Origin: an uncultured Gammaproteobacteria bacterium
GTDB lineage: Bacteria > Pseudomonadota > Gammaproteobacteria > Burkholderiales > Sulfuricellaceae
NCBI GenBank assembly: GCA_963779055.1
Contig: CAVZWN010000004.1
Location: 610,233-674,232 of the forward strand
DNA length: 64,000 nt
Direction of reading: 5' to 3'
Positions 30,760 through 43,694 of this stretch are shown here, piece after piece (position 1 is the first letter of the stretch; every line of letters begins with the position of its first letter). The notes beneath the pieces were generated by a model that saw nothing but the letters and a program-made list of their open reading frames with translations, did no database searches and was not told where the DNA came from. A program made the position numbers and the translations under genes.

Positions 30760-32752
30760 TCATCTAACGAATAGCGAGATCATCAAAAACACACCAATGA
30801 TCATGGCAAAGGCGTAGTGGTAAATGTAACCGGACTGCGCGTGCCGGATCAGCGCGGAAAACCAGCCCACCAGGCGCGCTGTGCCATTTACAAGCAAACC
30901 GTCAATCAGCCAGACATCACCCACTTTCCAGAAGGAGCGTCCGAGCAGCCGCGCTCCGCCAGCAAAGAAAAAGTCGTTGAAGGTATCAAGACCGTATTTA
31001 TTCTCGAGAATGGAGGAAATCAGGCTGAATCTGGCTTTGATCACCCCCGGCAGATCCGGGCGAAGGATATACAGGTACCAGGCCGTCCCCGCGCCACTGA
31101 CAGCAAGCCAGAAAGGCAGCGTACCCAGGGCATGCACCATCATTGCCCCTACGCCATGGAATGCTTCTGCCAGGTGCGCCATGCCCTGATGGTCTGGGGA
31201 AATATAAATCGTGTCGCCAAAATAATTGCCGAAGAGCATCGGCCCGATCAGCCAGCCCGCTGCCACGGATGGAATCGCCAGCAGCAGCAAGGGCAAGGTC
31301 ACGACCCACGGAGATTCGTGTGGCTCGGCCGCGCCGTGGTGGCCGTGATCATCGTGATGGCCATGTCCAGCAGAAGGCGCATGACGGAAACGCTCTTCGC
31401 CATGAAATGTGAAGAACACCAGCCGGAAGGAATAGAAGCCACCGATAAATACACCCGCGAGAATCGCAATGTAGGCAAAGCCCGCCCCGGGGATATGCGA
31501 ATGCGCAACGGCCTCAATAATCGAATCTTTGGAGAAGAATCCGGCAAATGGCGGCAGCCCGGCATTGGCGATGGCACCGATCAGGACGGTCAGATAAGTG
31601 ATGGGCAGATATTTGCGCAGTCCACCCATATAGCGCATGTCCTGCTGGTGATGCATGGCGATGATCACCGAACCGGCACCCAGAAACAGCACCGCCTTGA
31701 AGAAGGCGTGAGTCATGAGATGGAACATGGCAGCAGAATAGGCTGACGCGCCCAGTGCCACAGTCATGTAGCCCAGTTGCGAGAGCGTGGAATAGGCAAC
31801 CACGCGTTTGATATCGGTCTGCACGATCGCCACCAGCGCCATGAACAGCGCGGTGATGGCACCAATCACGATAACAAAGGAGAGCGCCGTTTCAGACAGT
31901 TCGAACAGCGGCGACATGCGCGACACCATGAAAATACCGGCCGTGACCATGGTTGCAGCATGAATCAGGGCAGAAATCGGGGTCGGGCCTTCCATGGAGT
32001 CTGGCAGCCAGACATGCAGCGGAAACTGCGCCGATTTGCCCATGGCGCCAATGAACAGCAGGATGCATATGACCGTCAGCAGGCTCCAGGTTTCACCCGG
32101 CAGCAGGCTGATACTATGCCCGGCCATTTCCGGTGCCAGTGCAAAGACTGCGGCGTAATCCAGCGTACCGAAATACGCCAGTACCATGCCGATCCCCAGC
32201 AGGAAGCCAAAGTCGCCGACACGATTGACCAGAAAAGCTTTCAGATTGGCATAGATGGCCGTGGGTTTGGTATACCAGAAACCGATCAGCAGATAGGAAA
32301 CCAGGCCCACCGCTTCCCAGCCGAAGAACAAGCTGCAGGAAGTTGTTGCTCATCACCAGCATCAGCATGGAAAAGGTAAACAGCGAGATATAGCTGAAGA
32401 AACGCTGATAACCGGGATCTTCTGCCATGTAGCCGATGGTGTAGATATGGACCATAAGCGATACAAAGGTCACCACCACCATCATCAGGGCGGACAGCCT
32501 GTCGATCAGGAAGCCGACTTCAAACCGCATTTCGCCTGAAATCAGCCAGGTATAGACGCTGCCGTTAAAGGTATGCCCTGCCAGCACATCCTGAAAAATC
32601 ACAACGGACGCGATAAAGGAAACCGCGACGCCAGCAATCGTGACCCAATGTGACAGCGAGCGGCCAATCATCTTGCCAAACAGGCCGGCGATTACCGCCC
32701 CGACCAGGGGGGCCAGCGGCACGAGCAGATAAAGTTTTTGCATTTCAGTCAT
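30760..32752 (-). CDS. nuoL: NADH-quinone oxidoreductase subunit L, one apparent +1 nt frameshift near 32333
   Basis: Track ORF 32114..32791 reads ...MLMLVMSNNFLQL then goes out of frame. ORF 30760..32331 continues FFGWEAVGLVSYLLIGFWY in the adjacent frame. Confidence 0.9.
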
Positions 32753-32821
32753 AAATTTTGGTGAGGGGTTTAGATGTGAGGCGCAGGGCAAACATTGCTC
32801 CCACTCCCCGCCTCATCCCCA

Positions 32822-33128
32822 TTACCCTTTCAAATGATCCAGATCCTGCACGTTGATCGTACGCAGATTGCGGAACAGCACCACCAGAATCGCCAGGCCG
32901 ATGGCGGCTTCTGCGGCTGCCACAGTCAGAATGAAGAAGACAAAAACCTGGCCCGCCGTATCATTGAGATAATGAGAGAACGCGACAAAATTCATGTTCA
33001 CTGCCAGCAGCATCAGTTCGATGGCCATAAGCAGGACGATCACATTCTTGCGATTAAGGAAAATCCCCAGCACGCTGATGGTGAAACAGAATGGCACCCA
33101 GTACCAGATAGTGGGATAAAGTCAGCAC
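32822..33128 (-). CDS. nuoK: NADH-quinone oxidoreductase subunit K, one extra nt in a homopolymer near 33085
   Basis: GTG 33128 gives (M)[14 protein letters not shown], then the frame is lost at TTT. The track ORF 32822..33097 resumes [29 protein letters not shown]. The length of 307 nt is 3n+1. Confidence 0.9.
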
Positions 33129-33138
33129 GAGTGGTTCC

Positions 33139-33789
33139 TCAAGATGGTTGCTCCGTTTGCGGGGCAGCTTCCGGCTTCTTCATCAGCTTGGTGTCTGCAG
33201 GCACGGGAATGATGCGTAGGCGATCATTGCGGCGCACCGCGATCTGCTCGGCCTGATCCTGAAATTTCGTATCCTTGCGGCGACGCAGGGTAAGCGCAAT
33301 AGCCGCCACAATCGCCACCAGAAGAATGACAGCAGCGATTTCGAACGGGTATACATATTCGGTGTAGATCAGGCGACCCAGTTCCTTGGTGTTGCTGTAT
33401 TCAGGCCCATGAATGACAGGCGCATTTCCGCTGCCATTTGCCCAGAAATCACGACCGGCAAGCACCACGACCATTTCGACGGCCATCAGAATTGCCACCG
33501 TCAGCGCAAATGGCAGGTTTTTCCAGAATCCCTCGCGCAAGGTGTCGAAATTGATATCCAGCATCATCACCACGAACAGGAACAGCACCATTACGGCTCC
33601 CACGTAAACCAGCACCAGCACAATGGCGAGAAATTCTGCCTGCAGCATGAGCCACAGTGCTGCCGCGGTAAAAAAAGACAACACCAGATACAGTGCGGAG
33701 TGCACCGGATTGCGCGCAGTCACCACGCGTGCTGCAGCGAACAGCAGTATCGCGGCAAAAAAATAAAAAATTAGTGCTTGCGCATTCAT
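33139..33789 (-). CDS. nuoJ: NADH-quinone oxidoreductase subunit J
   Basis: 216 aa, VVTARNPVHSALYLVLSFF. Confidence 0.95.
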   Translation of the reverse strand: MNAQALIFYFFAAILLFAAARVVTARNPVHSALYLVLSFFTAAALWLMLQAEFLAIVLVLVYVGAVMVLFLFVVMMLDINFDTLREGFWKNLPFALTVAILMAVEMVVVLAGRDFWANGSGNAPVIHGPEYSNTKELGRLIYTEYVYPFEIAAVILLVAIVAAIALTLRRRKDTKFQDQAEQIAVRRNDRLRIIPVPADTKLMKKPEAAPQTEQPS

Positions 33790-33810
33790 TAACTGAATCC
33801 TGTCAAAAAA

Positions 33811-34302
33811 CTAGCGGTATTTCGCATCTGCGGCTCTGTCACTGGCGATTTGCGCTTCATGCTTGTCGCCCACTGCCAGCAGCATCTGTTTGGTGTAGTA
33901 AAGATCGCCACGTTTCTCGCCGTGGTAATCAAAAATCCGGGTCTCTACAATGGAATCCACCGGGCACGACTCTTCGCAGAATCCACAAAAGATGCACTTG
34001 GTCAGATCAATATCGTAGCGCGTGGTACGCCGGGTACCATCAGCACGCTCTTCCATGTCAATCTGGATCGCCATGGCCGGGCAAACCGCTTCGCACAGCT
34101 TGCATGCAATGCAGCGCTCCTCGCCATTGGGGTAGCGCCGCAGGGCGTGAAGGCCGCGGAAGCGTGGCGACATCGGCGTGCGCTCCTCTGGAAACTGCAC
34201 GGTAATCTTGCGCGCGAACAAATAACGTCCGGTCACAGCCATACCCTGAAGCAGCTCGATCAGGAGCAGACTCTTGAAGAATGCATTAAGGCTTTTCATC
34301 AT
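33811..34302 (-). CDS. nuoI: NADH-quinone oxidoreductase subunit I
   Basis: 163 aa with two 4Fe-4S motifs, [12 protein letters not shown] and [12 protein letters not shown]. Confidence 0.97.
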   Translation of the reverse strand: MMKSLNAFFKSLLLIELLQGMAVTGRYLFARKITVQFPEERTPMSPRFRGLHALRRYPNGEERCIACKLCEAVCPAMAIQIDMEERADGTRRTTRYDIDLTKCIFCGFCEESCPVDSIVETRIFDYHGEKRGDLYYTKQMLLAVGDKHEAQIASDRAADAKYR

Positions 34303-34321
34303 TTCTATTTAGTCTTGCTCT

Positions 34322-35351
34322 TCAGTGGAACAAATAACCCAGCGGGGTCTGCATCATGCCGCCAATCACCAGCATCCATATCAGCGTTACCGGGATGAAC
34401 ACCTTCCAGCCCAGGCGCATGATCTGGTCGTAACGGTAGCGGGGGAAAGTTGCCCGGAACCACAGGAACAGGAACAGCACGAAACAGATTTTCGCGATCA
34501 GCCAGAAGAAATCCGGGAATCCAGTTAAAGGGCGCAACATCGAATAGAGGCAACCAGCCGCCCAGGAACATCAGCGCCGACAGCGTAGCAACCAGGATCA
34601 TGTTTGCATATTCGGCAAGGAAAAAGACCGCAAATGCCATGCCCGAATACTCGGCATGAAAACCGACGATTTCGGATTCACCTTCAGCCACGTCGAATGG
34701 TGCGCGATTGATTTCAGCCACGGAGGAAATCAGGTACACCACAAACAGCGGAAACAAGGGCAGCCAGTACCAGCTGAAAAAGGTGGAACCCTTCTGCGCA
34801 TTGACGATTTCAACCAGATTGAGACTTTGCGCCGCCATCAGCACGCCTACCAGGGCAAAACCCATGGCAATTTCATAAGACACGATCTGTGCCGCGGAGC
34901 GCATGGCGCCGAGGAAAGGGTATTTCGAGTTGGATGCCCAGCCCGCCAGCACGATCCCGTAAACACCCATGGAAGTGATTGCCATGATGTAAAGCAGGCT
35001 GGCGTCGATATTCGCCAGCACCAGTTCCGGCGAAAATGGCACCACGGCCCAGGCAGCCAATGCAGGCGCCATCGCCAGGACCGGCCCGAGCAGGAACAGT
35101 TTTTTGTTGGCGCTGCTGGGGATGATGATTTCCTTCATCATCAGCTTCACACCGTCCGCAATCGGCTGCAGCAGACCCAGTGGACCAACGCGGTTGGGGC
35201 CGATACGCACCTGCATGTAGCCGATCACCTTGCGTTCCGCATACGTGACATAGGCCACTGCCAGAAGCAGGGGGCCGACGATGACGACGATTTTCACCAG
35301 CGTCCACACTACTGGCCATGCAGGGCCCAACAAGGATTGAAAGAATTCCAT
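34322..35351 (-). CDS. nuoH: NADH-quinone oxidoreductase subunit H, one extra nt in a homopolymer near 34510
   Basis: The main ORF reads ...FNWIPGF then nonsense. Track ORF 34322..34540 carries the conserved C-terminus [36 protein letters not shown]. Confidence 0.9.
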
Positions 35352-35355
35352 CGGA

Positions 35356-37716
35356 TCAGGCCTTCTCTACCACAATTTCACCAAACATCGCGCCAAGACC
35401 GGCCGTCAGTGGATGCGATGCCGGAACCCGGGCACAACCCGGCGGAAGTTTGTCATCGAGCCGGACACGCATGACTGCGCTTCCCGCACCCTGGCGCACA
35501 AGGGCCATTGCGCCATTTTCAAGATGCAGCTGGGCCATCAATGCGCCATTCATCGAGACTTCCGGCGCAGCCCCATCTGCTGTGCGCTGCAGAGAATCCG
35601 CCCGGCGAACCAGGGCATCCGCCTGATATATCGGCACTTCGGCAATACGCTGCACCCCGTTGCCAGCCGCAGCCAGACTGATCTCGTTCATGCCCTGCAA
35701 CTGATTGCCGCATGCGGCCTGCGCTGCTGCGTCACCAGTACCCAGAATCTCGGCGCGCACATCTTCGGAGCTGTTGAAATCAAAACCGTTCAGATTGAAC
35801 ATATTGCCCAGCACGCGCATCACCTTCCAGGCTGGACGGGTTTCTCCCTGCGGCTTGACGACTGCGTTAAAACCCTGGGCGCGCCCTTCAGTGTTCACGA
35901 ACGTTCCGGATGTCTCGGCAAACGGCGCAATTGGCAGCATCACGTCTGCATAATTAGCGGCCTGATGGCGATAGGCGCTCAGGGCAACGACCAGTTCGGC
36001 TTTTTCCATTGCTGCCGATGCAAGTTGCGGATCATGGCAGTCCAGCTCAATTTCGGTATTCAGCAGCAAGTAAGCCATGCGTGGTTCACGCAGCATTTCG
36101 GCGGCATTCATTCCCACTGTTGCGGGTTTTCCCATGGCACCGACAAAAGGCACCGCCCCGGCAAGACAGGCGCCAACACTGTTTGCGGCTTCACCCAGGA
36201 CACCCAGCGTGGCGCCCGACATGTTCGCAATTTCCTGCGCGAGCACATACAGGCCGGCGTAATGCGGGTGATGCTGCGCCAGATTTCCCAGCAATACGGC
36301 TTTTTTGTTACCTGCAGCCAGACTGGCAGCCATGGATTGCGCAGATGAAGAAACAGTTATGCCAGCGACGCTCTTCGGCACTGTGACCTGCTTGATTTCC
36401 GCAAGCGCCTTAAGCACCTGTGCCAAAGCATTCTGCATTTCCGCAGGTGCAACGATCAGCCTGTTTGCCACCTTGCACAGCAGGTCATCATCGACTGGAT
36501 TCAGCAGATTCAACTCTGCACCGGCCTTCACGCCCTGGCGCAGGCGATGCGCGAGCAATGGATGATCCTTGCGCAGGTTGCTGCCCACCACCAGCACGCG
36601 GTCCAGTTCCGACAACGAAGCAATGCTTTGTCCCAGCCACGACGCACCCTGCATGGCGCCATCGGCAGAGAAATCGGCCTGACGTGTACGGTGGTCAACG
36701 TTGCCGCTACCCAGGCCGCGTACCAGTTTCTGCATCAGATACAGCTCTTCCAGCGTGCTGTGCGGTGTCGCCAGCGCACCGATCTGGGCCGGGCCGTGGT
36801 CATCGCGAATGCGTTTCAGGCCATTGGCGACAAATTCCAGGGCCGTCTGCCAGTCGCATTCCTGCCACTCACCGTCACGCTTGATCATGGGCTGGGTGAG
36901 GCGCTGTCCGGAATTCAGGGCCTCATAGGAATAGCGATCCTTGTCGGACAGCCAGCATTCATTGATAGCCTCGTTGTCGCGTGGCGTAACGCGCATCACG
37001 CGATTGTTCTTTACATGTACTGCAAGATTGGAACCCAAACTGTCGTGCGGACTGATTGACGCCCGGCGGGTCAGTTCCCAGGCACGTGCGGTATAACGGA
37101 ACGGTTTGCTGGTCAGCGCGCCTACCGGGCACAGGTCAATCATATTGCCGGACAGTTCGGAATTCACCGTGCGCTCGACAAAAGGCATGATTTCGGAGTG
37201 CTCGCCGCGCCCTGCCTGACCCAGTTCCATGATGCCGGCGATTTCCTGGCCAAAGCGTACGCAACGCGTGCAATGAATGCACCGCGTCATGTCAGTGGAA
37301 ATCAGCGGGCCCAGTTCCTTGTTGCCGACCACCCGCTTTTCTTCCTGATAGCGGGAGGAGACGTCGCCATAACCCACGGCCAGATCCTGCAACTGGCACT
37401 CGCCACCCTGATCGCAGATCGGGCAATCGAGCGGATGGTTAATCAGCAGAAACTCCATCACACTCTTCTGGGCACGAATGGCATATTCTGAACGGGTCAG
37501 CACCTTCATGCCTTCAGTAACCGGCGTCGCACAGGCAGGAAGCGGCTTGGGCGCCTTTTCAACCTGCACCAGGCACATCCGGCAATTGGCCGCGATGGTA
37601 AGTTTATTGTGATAGCAGAAATGCGGAATATAAATCCCGGCCTGACGTGCTGCATCCATTACGGTGCTGCCGTCTTTTACTTCCAGTTGCCTGCCATCAA
37701 TTTCGATATGCGCCAT
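35356..37716 (-). CDS. nuoG: NADH-quinone oxidoreductase subunit G
   Basis: 786 aa with N-terminal 2Fe-2S/4Fe-4S Cys motifs ([15 protein letters not shown]; [10 protein letters not shown]; [10 protein letters not shown]). Confidence 0.97.
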   Translation of the reverse strand: MAHIEIDGRQLEVKDGSTVMDAARQAGIYIPHFCYHNKLTIAANCRMCLVQVEKAPKPLPACATPVTEGMKVLTRSEYAIRAQKSVMEFLLINHPLDCPICDQGGECQLQDLAVGYGDVSSRYQEEKRVVGNKELGPLISTDMTRCIHCTRCVRFGQEIAGIMELGQAGRGEHSEIMPFVERTVNSELSGNMIDLCPVGALTSKPFRYTARAWELTRRASISPHDSLGSNLAVHVKNNRVMRVTPRDNEAINECWLSDKDRYSYEALNSGQRLTQPMIKRDGEWQECDWQTALEFVANGLKRIRDDHGPAQIGALATPHSTLEELYLMQKLVRGLGSGNVDHRTRQADFSADGAMQGASWLGQSIASLSELDRVLVVGSNLRKDHPLLAHRLRQGVKAGAELNLLNPVDDDLLCKVANRLIVAPAEMQNALAQVLKALAEIKQVTVPKSVAGITVSSSAQSMAASLAAGNKKAVLLGNLAQHHPHYAGLYVLAQEIANMSGATLGVLGEAANSVGACLAGAVPFVGAMGKPATVGMNAAEMLREPRMAYLLLNTEIELDCHDPQLASAAMEKAELVVALSAYRHQAANYADVMLPIAPFAETSGTFVNTEGRAQGFNAVVKPQGETRPAWKVMRVLGNMFNLNGFDFNSSEDVRAEILGTGDAAAQAACGNQLQGMNEISLAAAGNGVQRIAEVPIYQADALVRRADSLQRTADGAAPEVSMNGALMAQLHLENGAMALVRQGAGSAVMRVRLDDKLPPGCARVPASHPLTAGLGAMFGEIVVEKA

Positions 37717-37745
37717 TTTTAGTATCGTTTTAAAAGTTTAGCGGC

Positions 37746-39011
37746 TCACACCATGCACTTTTTGTGCTCGATGTGATATTCGAATTCATTGCGATAATGC
37801 TTCAGCATGCCCTGTACCGGCATTGCTGCTGCATCGCCCAGGGCGCAGATAGTGCGCCCGGAAATATTCTGGGTCACGCTGGCGAGCAGATCCAGATCTT
37901 CTGGTCGACCCTGCCCGTTTTCGATGCGATGAATAACGCGATACAGCCAGCCAGTCCCCTCGCGGCACGGCGTACACTGGCCGCAGGACTCTTCAAAATA
38001 GAAGTAGGACAGGCGTTCCAGCGCTTTCACCATGCATACTGTTTCGTCCATCACGATCACCGACCCCGCGCCCAGGAAGGACCCCGCCTTGGCGATGGAA
38101 TCGTAATCCATGGTCAGATCCATCATGATCTCACCCGGCACCACTGGTACCGATGAACCCCCGGGAATGACCGCTTTCAGCTTGTGGCCGTTACGTACGC
38201 CACCCGCCATTTCAAGCAGTTCGGAGAAAGGCGTACCCATACCGATTTCAAAATTACCCGGCTTGTTGACATGGCCCGACACGGAAAATATCTTGGTGCC
38301 GCCATTATTGGGCTTGCCCAGTTCGAGAAACTTCTGCCCGCCGTGCCGGATGATATAGGGGATGCTGGCGAAGGTTTCGGTGTTGTTGATGGTAGTGGGC
38401 TTGCCATAGAGGCCGAAGCTCGCAGGGAAAGGCGGCTTGAAGCGCGGCTGCCCTTTCTTGCCTTCGATGGATTCAAGCAGAGCGGTCTCTTCGCCGCATA
38501 CATAGGCGCCGTAGCCATGATGCGCATGAAGATTGAAACTGAAATCGGTGCCAAAAAGATTATCGCCAAGGAAGCCGGCAACGCGGGCTTCTTCCAGCGC
38601 CTCCTCGAAGCGTTCGTAGGCTTCCCATATCTCGCCGTGGATATAGTTGTAGCCCACCTTCACGCCCATGGTATAGGCAGCAATCGCCATACCCTCGATC
38701 AGTTGATGAGGGTTGAAGCGAATAATGTCGCGGTCCTTGAAAGTGCCTGGCTCACCCTCGTCCGTATTGCAGACGATATATTTGTCGCCCTCGAAATGGC
38801 GCGGCATGAAGCTCCACTTCAAGCCGGTAGGAAAGCCTGCGCCGCCGCGACCGCGCAGCGCCGAAGTTTTGACCTGGCTGATAATCTCTTCTGCCGAAAC
38901 CTTTTCGGTCACGACTTTCTTGAGCGTCTCGTACCCCCCCGTGGCGAGGTAACTGGACAGTTTCCACGACTCGGGCTGATGAATGGAGTGAAAGATGACT
39001 TCGTTTGCCAT
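37746..39011 (-). CDS. nuoF: NADH-quinone oxidoreductase subunit F
   Basis: 421 aa, [38 protein letters not shown]. Confidence 0.97.
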   Translation of the reverse strand: MANEVIFHSIHQPESWKLSSYLATGGYETLKKVVTEKVSAEEIISQVKTSALRGRGGAGFPTGLKWSFMPRHFEGDKYIVCNTDEGEPGTFKDRDIIRFNPHQLIEGMAIAAYTMGVKVGYNYIHGEIWEAYERFEEALEEARVAGFLGDNLFGTDFSFNLHAHHGYGAYVCGEETALLESIEGKKGQPRFKPPFPASFGLYGKPTTINNTETFASIPYIIRHGGQKFLELGKPNNGGTKIFSVSGHVNKPGNFEIGMGTPFSELLEMAGGVRNGHKLKAVIPGGSSVPVVPGEIMMDLTMDYDSIAKAGSFLGAGSVIVMDETVCMVKALERLSYFYFEESCGQCTPCREGTGWLYRVIHRIENGQGRPEDLDLLASVTQNISGRTICALGDAAAMPVQGMLKHYRNEFEYHIEHKKCMV

Positions 39012-39484
39012 TATTCGAGCTCCGCCAGTATCTGATCCACTTTCTCGCCAGAAAGAGAACCATACATGCGTTTGTTATTGATCAGGAACAGCGGACCATC
39101 ACCGCAAGCGCCCATGCACTCGCCCTCTTTCAGGGTATAGCGCCCATCGCCGGTCGTTTCGCCAAACCCGATACCGAGCTTATTCTGCAAATGCTCTACC
39201 ACGCCGCCCGCACCCATCAGGGTGCAGGAAAGATTGCTGCAGACAGTGATCTTGTATTTTCCGACCGGCTTCAAGTCATACATGTTGTAGAAAGAAGCCA
39301 CCTCATAGACCGCAACGGTGGGCATACCGAGATAGACCGCCACGAAATCCATGGTTTCCGGAGACAACCAGCCGAGTTCGTCCTGGGCAATGCGCAACGC
39401 AGACATCACCGCCGACTGTTTCTGGTCAGCTGGATATTTGGCAATTTCGCGGTCTATTCTGGCAGTGGATTCTGGGCTTAACAT
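39011..39484 (-). CDS. nuoE: NADH-quinone oxidoreductase subunit E
   Basis: 157 aa with 2Fe-2S ligands (VCSNLSC...ECMGACG). Confidence 0.95.
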   Translation of the reverse strand: MLSPESTARIDREIAKYPADQKQSAVMSALRIAQDELGWLSPETMDFVAVYLGMPTVAVYEVASFYNMYDLKPVGKYKITVCSNLSCTLMGAGGVVEHLQNKLGIGFGETTGDGRYTLKEGECMGACGDGPLFLINNKRMYGSLSGEKVDQILAELE

Positions 39485-39492
39485 TTCAGCTC

Positions 39493-40752
39493 TTATCGAT
39501 CAATTTCACCGAAAACGATATCCATCGTTCCCATGATGGTCACCACGTCGGCAATCATGTGGCCGCGCGCCATTTCGTCCATGGCCTGCATATGGGCAAA
39601 TCCCGGAGCGCGGATTTTCAGGCGGTAGGGTTTGTTGGCGCCATCCGAAACCAGGTAAATTCCGAACTCGCCTTTGGGGTGTTCAACCGCACAGTAAGCC
39701 TCGCCTTCCGGAACATGCATCCCCTCGCTGAAAAGCTTGAAGTGATGAATCAGCTCTTCCATGTTCGACTTCATTGCTTCACGGCTGGGTGGCGCCACCT
39801 TGTGGTTTTCCGTGATTACCGGGCCAGGATTCTTGCGCAACCACTCCACGCACTGTTTCATGATACGGTTGGACTGACGCATTTCTTCCATGCGCACCAG
39901 ATAGCGGTCATAACTGTCACCGTTCACACCCACTGGAATATCGAAATCCAGCCGGTCGTAAACCTCGTAGGGTTGCTGCTTGCGGACATCCCAGGCCAGG
40001 CCGGAACCGCGCAACATCGGCCCGGTCAGGCCCTTGGCCAGCGCCCGTTCCGGACTTATCACGCCAATACCTACCGTGCGCTGCTTCCAGATCCGGTTGT
40101 CCGTCAGCAGGGTTTCATACTCATCTACATATGTCGGAAAGCGCTGACAGAAATCATCAATGAAATCCAGCATTGAACCCTGCCGGTTCGAATTCATGAA
40201 CTTGATGTCACTGGCGTTATGCTTGGGCATTTTCGCCAGATCGTATTGCGGCATGCTGTCAGGCAGGTCGCGATACACGCCGCCCGGACGATAGTAGGCT
40301 GCGTGCAGGCGCGCGCCAGACACCGCTTCGTAACAATCCATCAGGTCCTCGCGTTCACGGAACGCATAGAGAAACATGGTCATCGCACCGACGTCGAGTG
40401 CATGTGCGCCAATCCACAGCAAATGATTGAGGATGCGGGTCATTTCGTCGAACAGGACACGGATATACTGGGCCCGGATTGGCACTTCTAGCTGCAGCAG
40501 CTTCTCGATCGCCATCACATAAGCGTGTTCGTTGCTCATCATGGATACGTAATCGAGACGATCCATGTAGGGAACCGACTGCAGGAAAGTCTTGTGCTCA
40601 GCCAGCTTTTCCGTACCGCGGTGCAGCAGACCGATATGCGGGTCGGCCCGCATGACGACCTCACCATCCAGCTCAAGCACCATACGCAGCACACCATGCG
40701 CGGCGGGGTGCTGCGGGCCGAAGTTAAGCGTGTAATTTCTGATTTCAGGCAC
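39493..40752 (-). CDS. nuoD: NADH-quinone oxidoreductase subunit D
   Basis: GTG 40752 overlaps the nuoC stop and gives (M)[22 protein letters not shown], 419 aa. The track ORF extends spuriously to 40800. Confidence 0.95.
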   Translation of the reverse strand: MPEIRNYTLNFGPQHPAAHGVLRMVLELDGEVVMRADPHIGLLHRGTEKLAEHKTFLQSVPYMDRLDYVSMMSNEHAYVMAIEKLLQLEVPIRAQYIRVLFDEMTRILNHLLWIGAHALDVGAMTMFLYAFREREDLMDCYEAVSGARLHAAYYRPGGVYRDLPDSMPQYDLAKMPKHNASDIKFMNSNRQGSMLDFIDDFCQRFPTYVDEYETLLTDNRIWKQRTVGIGVISPERALAKGLTGPMLRGSGLAWDVRKQQPYEVYDRLDFDIPVGVNGDSYDRYLVRMEEMRQSNRIMKQCVEWLRKNPGPVITENHKVAPPSREAMKSNMEELIHHFKLFSEGMHVPEGEAYCAVEHPKGEFGIYLVSDGANKPYRLKIRAPGFAHMQAMDEMARGHMIADVVTIMGTMDIVFGEIDR

Positions 40753-41338
40753 TGTAACTGTCCTCACGGATGGTACGCGGCACCAGCACCCGCTCTTCAA
40801 CCGTCACAGGCTGGTAAATCACGCGGTGCTGATCAGGGTCATAACGCATTTCCACATTACCGGAAAGCGGGAAATCCTTTCTGAACGGATGCCCGACAAA
40901 GCCATAATCCGTCAGGATGCGGCGCATGTCGTTATGACCATTAAAAACGATGCCATACAGATCGAATGCTTCGCGCTCATACCAGTCAGCTGCCGACCAT
41001 AGATTCATGACCGAATCCAGCAACGGGAATTCATCATCCGAAGCAAATACACGCACTCGCACACGCTGGTTGAGACTGACTGACAACAGATGATAGACCG
41101 CCGCAAAACGCCGCCCTTCCCATTTCCCGTCTGCGTAGTCACGGTAATCCAACCCGCACACATCGACCAGTTGTTCGAAGCGCAATTCAGGGTGGTCACG
41201 CAAAATCTGCGCCGTGGAGAGCCAATCTGTGTCCTGGACCACCAGCGTCAATTCATCCAGACGCTCGGTAAGCGCAAATGTTTTTCCGGCAAGCGCTGTC
41301 TGCAGCGAACTGGCAAGGCCTTGTAGAAAAGCATTCAT
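40745..41338 (-). CDS. nuoC: NADH-quinone oxidoreductase subunit C
   Basis: 197 aa, ...[33 protein letters not shown]. Confidence 0.95.
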   Translation of the reverse strand: MNAFLQGLASSLQTALAGKTFALTERLDELTLVVQDTDWLSTAQILRDHPELRFEQLVDVCGLDYRDYADGKWEGRRFAAVYHLLSVSLNQRVRVRVFASDDEFPLLDSVMNLWSAADWYEREAFDLYGIVFNGHNDMRRILTDYGFVGHPFRKDFPLSGNVEMRYDPDQHRVIYQPVTVEERVLVPRTIREDSYSA

Positions 41339-41360
41339 GAATTTGATCTCTTGTTTTTCT

Positions 41361-41837
41361 TTAACGTGCGATGGTATTGGTACGGCGAATCTTGCTTTGC
41401 AGCTGGATCAGTCCGTACAACAGGGCTTCTGCTGTGGGCGGGCAGCCCGGTACATACACATCGACCGGAACAATGCGGTCGCAACCACGCACCACCGAGT
41501 ACGAATAATGGTAGTAACCACCGCCGTTGGCGCAGGATCCCATCGACACCACCCAGCGTGGCTCCGCCATCTGGTCATATACCTTGCGCAAAGCGGGTGC
41601 CATCTTGTTGGTCAGGGTTCCCGCCACGATCATCACATCGGACTGGCGCGGGCTAGGGCGAAACACGATCCCGAAGCGGTCCAGATCGTAACGCGAAGCA
41701 CCCGCCTGCATCATTTCCACCGCGCAGCAGGCCAGACCGAACGTCATGGGCCACAGGGAACCGGTGCGCGTATAGTTGATGACCGTATCAAGGGTGGTCG
41801 TAACAAAACCCTTTTCGAAGACGCCGTCTATTCCCAC
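41361..41837 (-). CDS. nuoB: NADH-quinone oxidoreductase subunit B
   Basis: GTG 41837 overlaps the nuoA stop, 158 aa, [17 protein letters not shown]...GCPP. Confidence 0.95.
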   Translation of the reverse strand: MGIDGVFEKGFVTTTLDTVINYTRTGSLWPMTFGLACCAVEMMQAGASRYDLDRFGIVFRPSPRQSDVMIVAGTLTNKMAPALRKVYDQMAEPRWVVSMGSCANGGGYYHYSYSVVRGCDRIVPVDVYVPGCPPTAEALLYGLIQLQSKIRRTNTIAR

Positions 41838-42184
41838 TCGAGGGCTCCCTTCTTCCACTCGTAAATGAAGCCCACCACCAGGATGCCAAGAAAGATCACC
41901 ATGGCCACATAGCCGAACAAGCCAATTTCCTCGAGCACCACAGCCCATGGAAATAGAAAGGCAATTTCAAGATCGAAAAGAATGAACAGAATTGCGACGA
42001 GGTAATAACGCACATCGAACTTCATGCGCGCATCTTCGAAGGCTTCAAAGCCGCATTCGTAGGGAGAAAGTTTTTCGCTGTCAGGGCGATGAGGAGCAAG
42101 AACGAATCCCGCCACCATAGGGCCAACACCGACAAGAAGACCCACTGCAACAAACATCAGGATTGGAAAATAGTTTTCCAACAT
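41828..42184 (-). CDS. nuoA: NADH-quinone oxidoreductase subunit A
   Basis: ATG 42184 gives [19 protein letters not shown]..., 118 aa, YECGFE...[17 protein letters not shown]. Confidence 0.95.
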   Translation of the reverse strand: MLENYFPILMFVAVGLLVGVGPMVAGFVLAPHRPDSEKLSPYECGFEAFEDARMKFDVRYYLVAILFILFDLEIAFLFPWAVVLEEIGLFGYVAMVIFLGILVVGFIYEWKKGALEWE

Positions 42185-42344
42185 TCTGCAGCTCCGCGAA
42201 TAGTGCAACGATTCATAAGGGAGGCCCTAAAAAACTTGCGCACCCAAATCCAGCACTGCGCAAGGTTTCAAACCAAGTCAAAATACACCTTCATAAACCG
42301 CGCTTATTATACATCACAATTTATACATGTATAAATTAATTATA

Positions 42345-42429
42345 TGGTGCCGATGAGCAGACTCGAACTGCTACGGCTTTCGCCACTACCCCCTCAAGAT
42401 AGCGTGTCTACCAATTTCACCACATCGGC
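42345..42429 (-). tRNA. tRNA-Leu (anticodon GAG)
   Basis: The minus strand reads GCCGATGTGGTGAAATTGGTAGACACGCTATCTTGAGGGGGTAGTGGCGAAAGCCGTAGCAGTTCGAGTCTGCTCATCGGCACCA. The 7-bp acceptor stem GCCGATG/CATCGGC is intact, with a long variable arm, TTCGAGTC T-loop and encoded CCA. The anticodon loop is TTGAGGG. The secG-tRNA-Leu-nuoA position fits. Confidence 0.9.
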
Positions 42430-42475
42430 ATTACATTTAGAGCTGATGCCGCCAGATAGCGCATCAAAACATTTT

Positions 42476-42811
42476 TTAGTTCGGAATATCCTTGGCTTTC
42501 GAACCTGGGCCAACCGGGGCGGCAGGTTGACTGACCGGCAACACCTGCTTCTGGCTTTCCATCACCCCCGCCGGCTTGCTTTTAGCCCCGGAGAAATAAG
42601 TCAGGGTCAGGCTGGTCGCAAAAAAGACCGCGGCCAGAATCGCAGTAGCGCGACTAAGGAAATTTGCCGAACCCGTCGAGCCGAACAGGCTACCCGATGC
42701 GCCGCTACCAAAAGCGGCGCCCATGTCAGCACCTTTACCGTGCTGCATCAACACCAGGCCAACAACACCCAGTGCAGCCAGCACATGAACAACCCAAACG
42801 ACTGTTTCCAT
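42476..42811 (-). CDS. secG: Preprotein translocase subunit SecG
   Basis: 111 aa, ...[33 protein letters not shown]. Confidence 0.95.
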   Translation of the reverse strand: METVVWVVHVLAALGVVGLVLMQHGKGADMGAAFGSGASGSLFGSTGSANFLSRATAILAAVFFATSLTLTYFSGAKSKPAGVMESQKQVLPVSQPAAPVGPGSKAKDIPN

Positions 42812-42838
42812 TTAAACAAGAACCTTCTTAAATCTAAA

Positions 42839-43597
42839 TTAGCCCTGCTGGGCAGCGCGGCAAATCGCAACAAACTCGTCCGCACTGAGCGCGGCGCCGC
42901 CGATCAAACCGCCATCAATATCAGGCATAGAGAACAATTGTGCCGCATTGGCAGCCTTTACGCTACCCCCATACTGGATCACCAACCCAGCGGCAACCTC
43001 GGCACTGGCGGCGGCAACCTTGCTGCGAATGAACGCATGCACCGCCTGCGCCTGCTCCGGCGAGGCGGTTTTTCCGGTGCCAATCGCCCAGACGGGCTCG
43101 TAAGCAAGGATAGAATCAGCCAGTGCAGCAACGCCCGCCACCGCCAGCACGGCGTCGATCTGACGTGCCACAACCTGCTCGGTGATATTGCCTTCGCGCT
43201 CGTCCAGCGTCTCGCCCACGCACAGGATAGGCGTCAGGCCTGCCTTCTGGGCGGCGACAAATTTGGCAGCCACCGTTGCATCATCCTCGCCGTACAGGGC
43301 GCGACGCTCGGAGTGGCCGACAAGGACGTATTTGCAACCAAAATCCAGCAGCATGGAAGCCGACACTTCACCAGTGTAGGCGCCTTTTTCCTGCTGACTC
43401 ATGTTCTGCGCGCCCCAGGCAATATTGCTATCCTGGAGGGCGGCCTGGGCCTGAAAAAGATAAGGAAAGGGAACACATACCGCACAGGAAGCGCGGCTCA
43501 AATCAGCCAGTTGAGGAATCATGGCATCCAGCAGCGCCTTGTTCTCGCTCAAGCTGCCGTGCATCTTCCAGTTACCTGCGACCAGTTTCTCGCGCAT
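42839..43597 (-). CDS. tpiA: Triose-phosphate isomerase
   Basis: ATG 43597 gives MREKLVAGNWKMHGS. Also VGHSERR and AYEPVWAIGTG. Confidence 0.95.
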   Translation of the reverse strand: MREKLVAGNWKMHGSLSENKALLDAMIPQLADLSRASCAVCVPFPYLFQAQAALQDSNIAWGAQNMSQQEKGAYTGEVSASMLLDFGCKYVLVGHSERRALYGEDDATVAAKFVAAQKAGLTPILCVGETLDEREGNITEQVVARQIDAVLAVAGVAALADSILAYEPVWAIGTGKTASPEQAQAVHAFIRSKVAAASAEVAAGLVIQYGGSVKAANAAQLFSMPDIDGGLIGGAALSADEFVAICRAAQQG

Positions 43598-43694
43598 CCC
43601 TTGCCCCTTGTTCACGAAAAGCGCGCATGGTACCGTTTAAGGCTTATGCGGTCAAATTCTCGATCCCGGCCAAAGCCACTCAGAGTTTATATTC

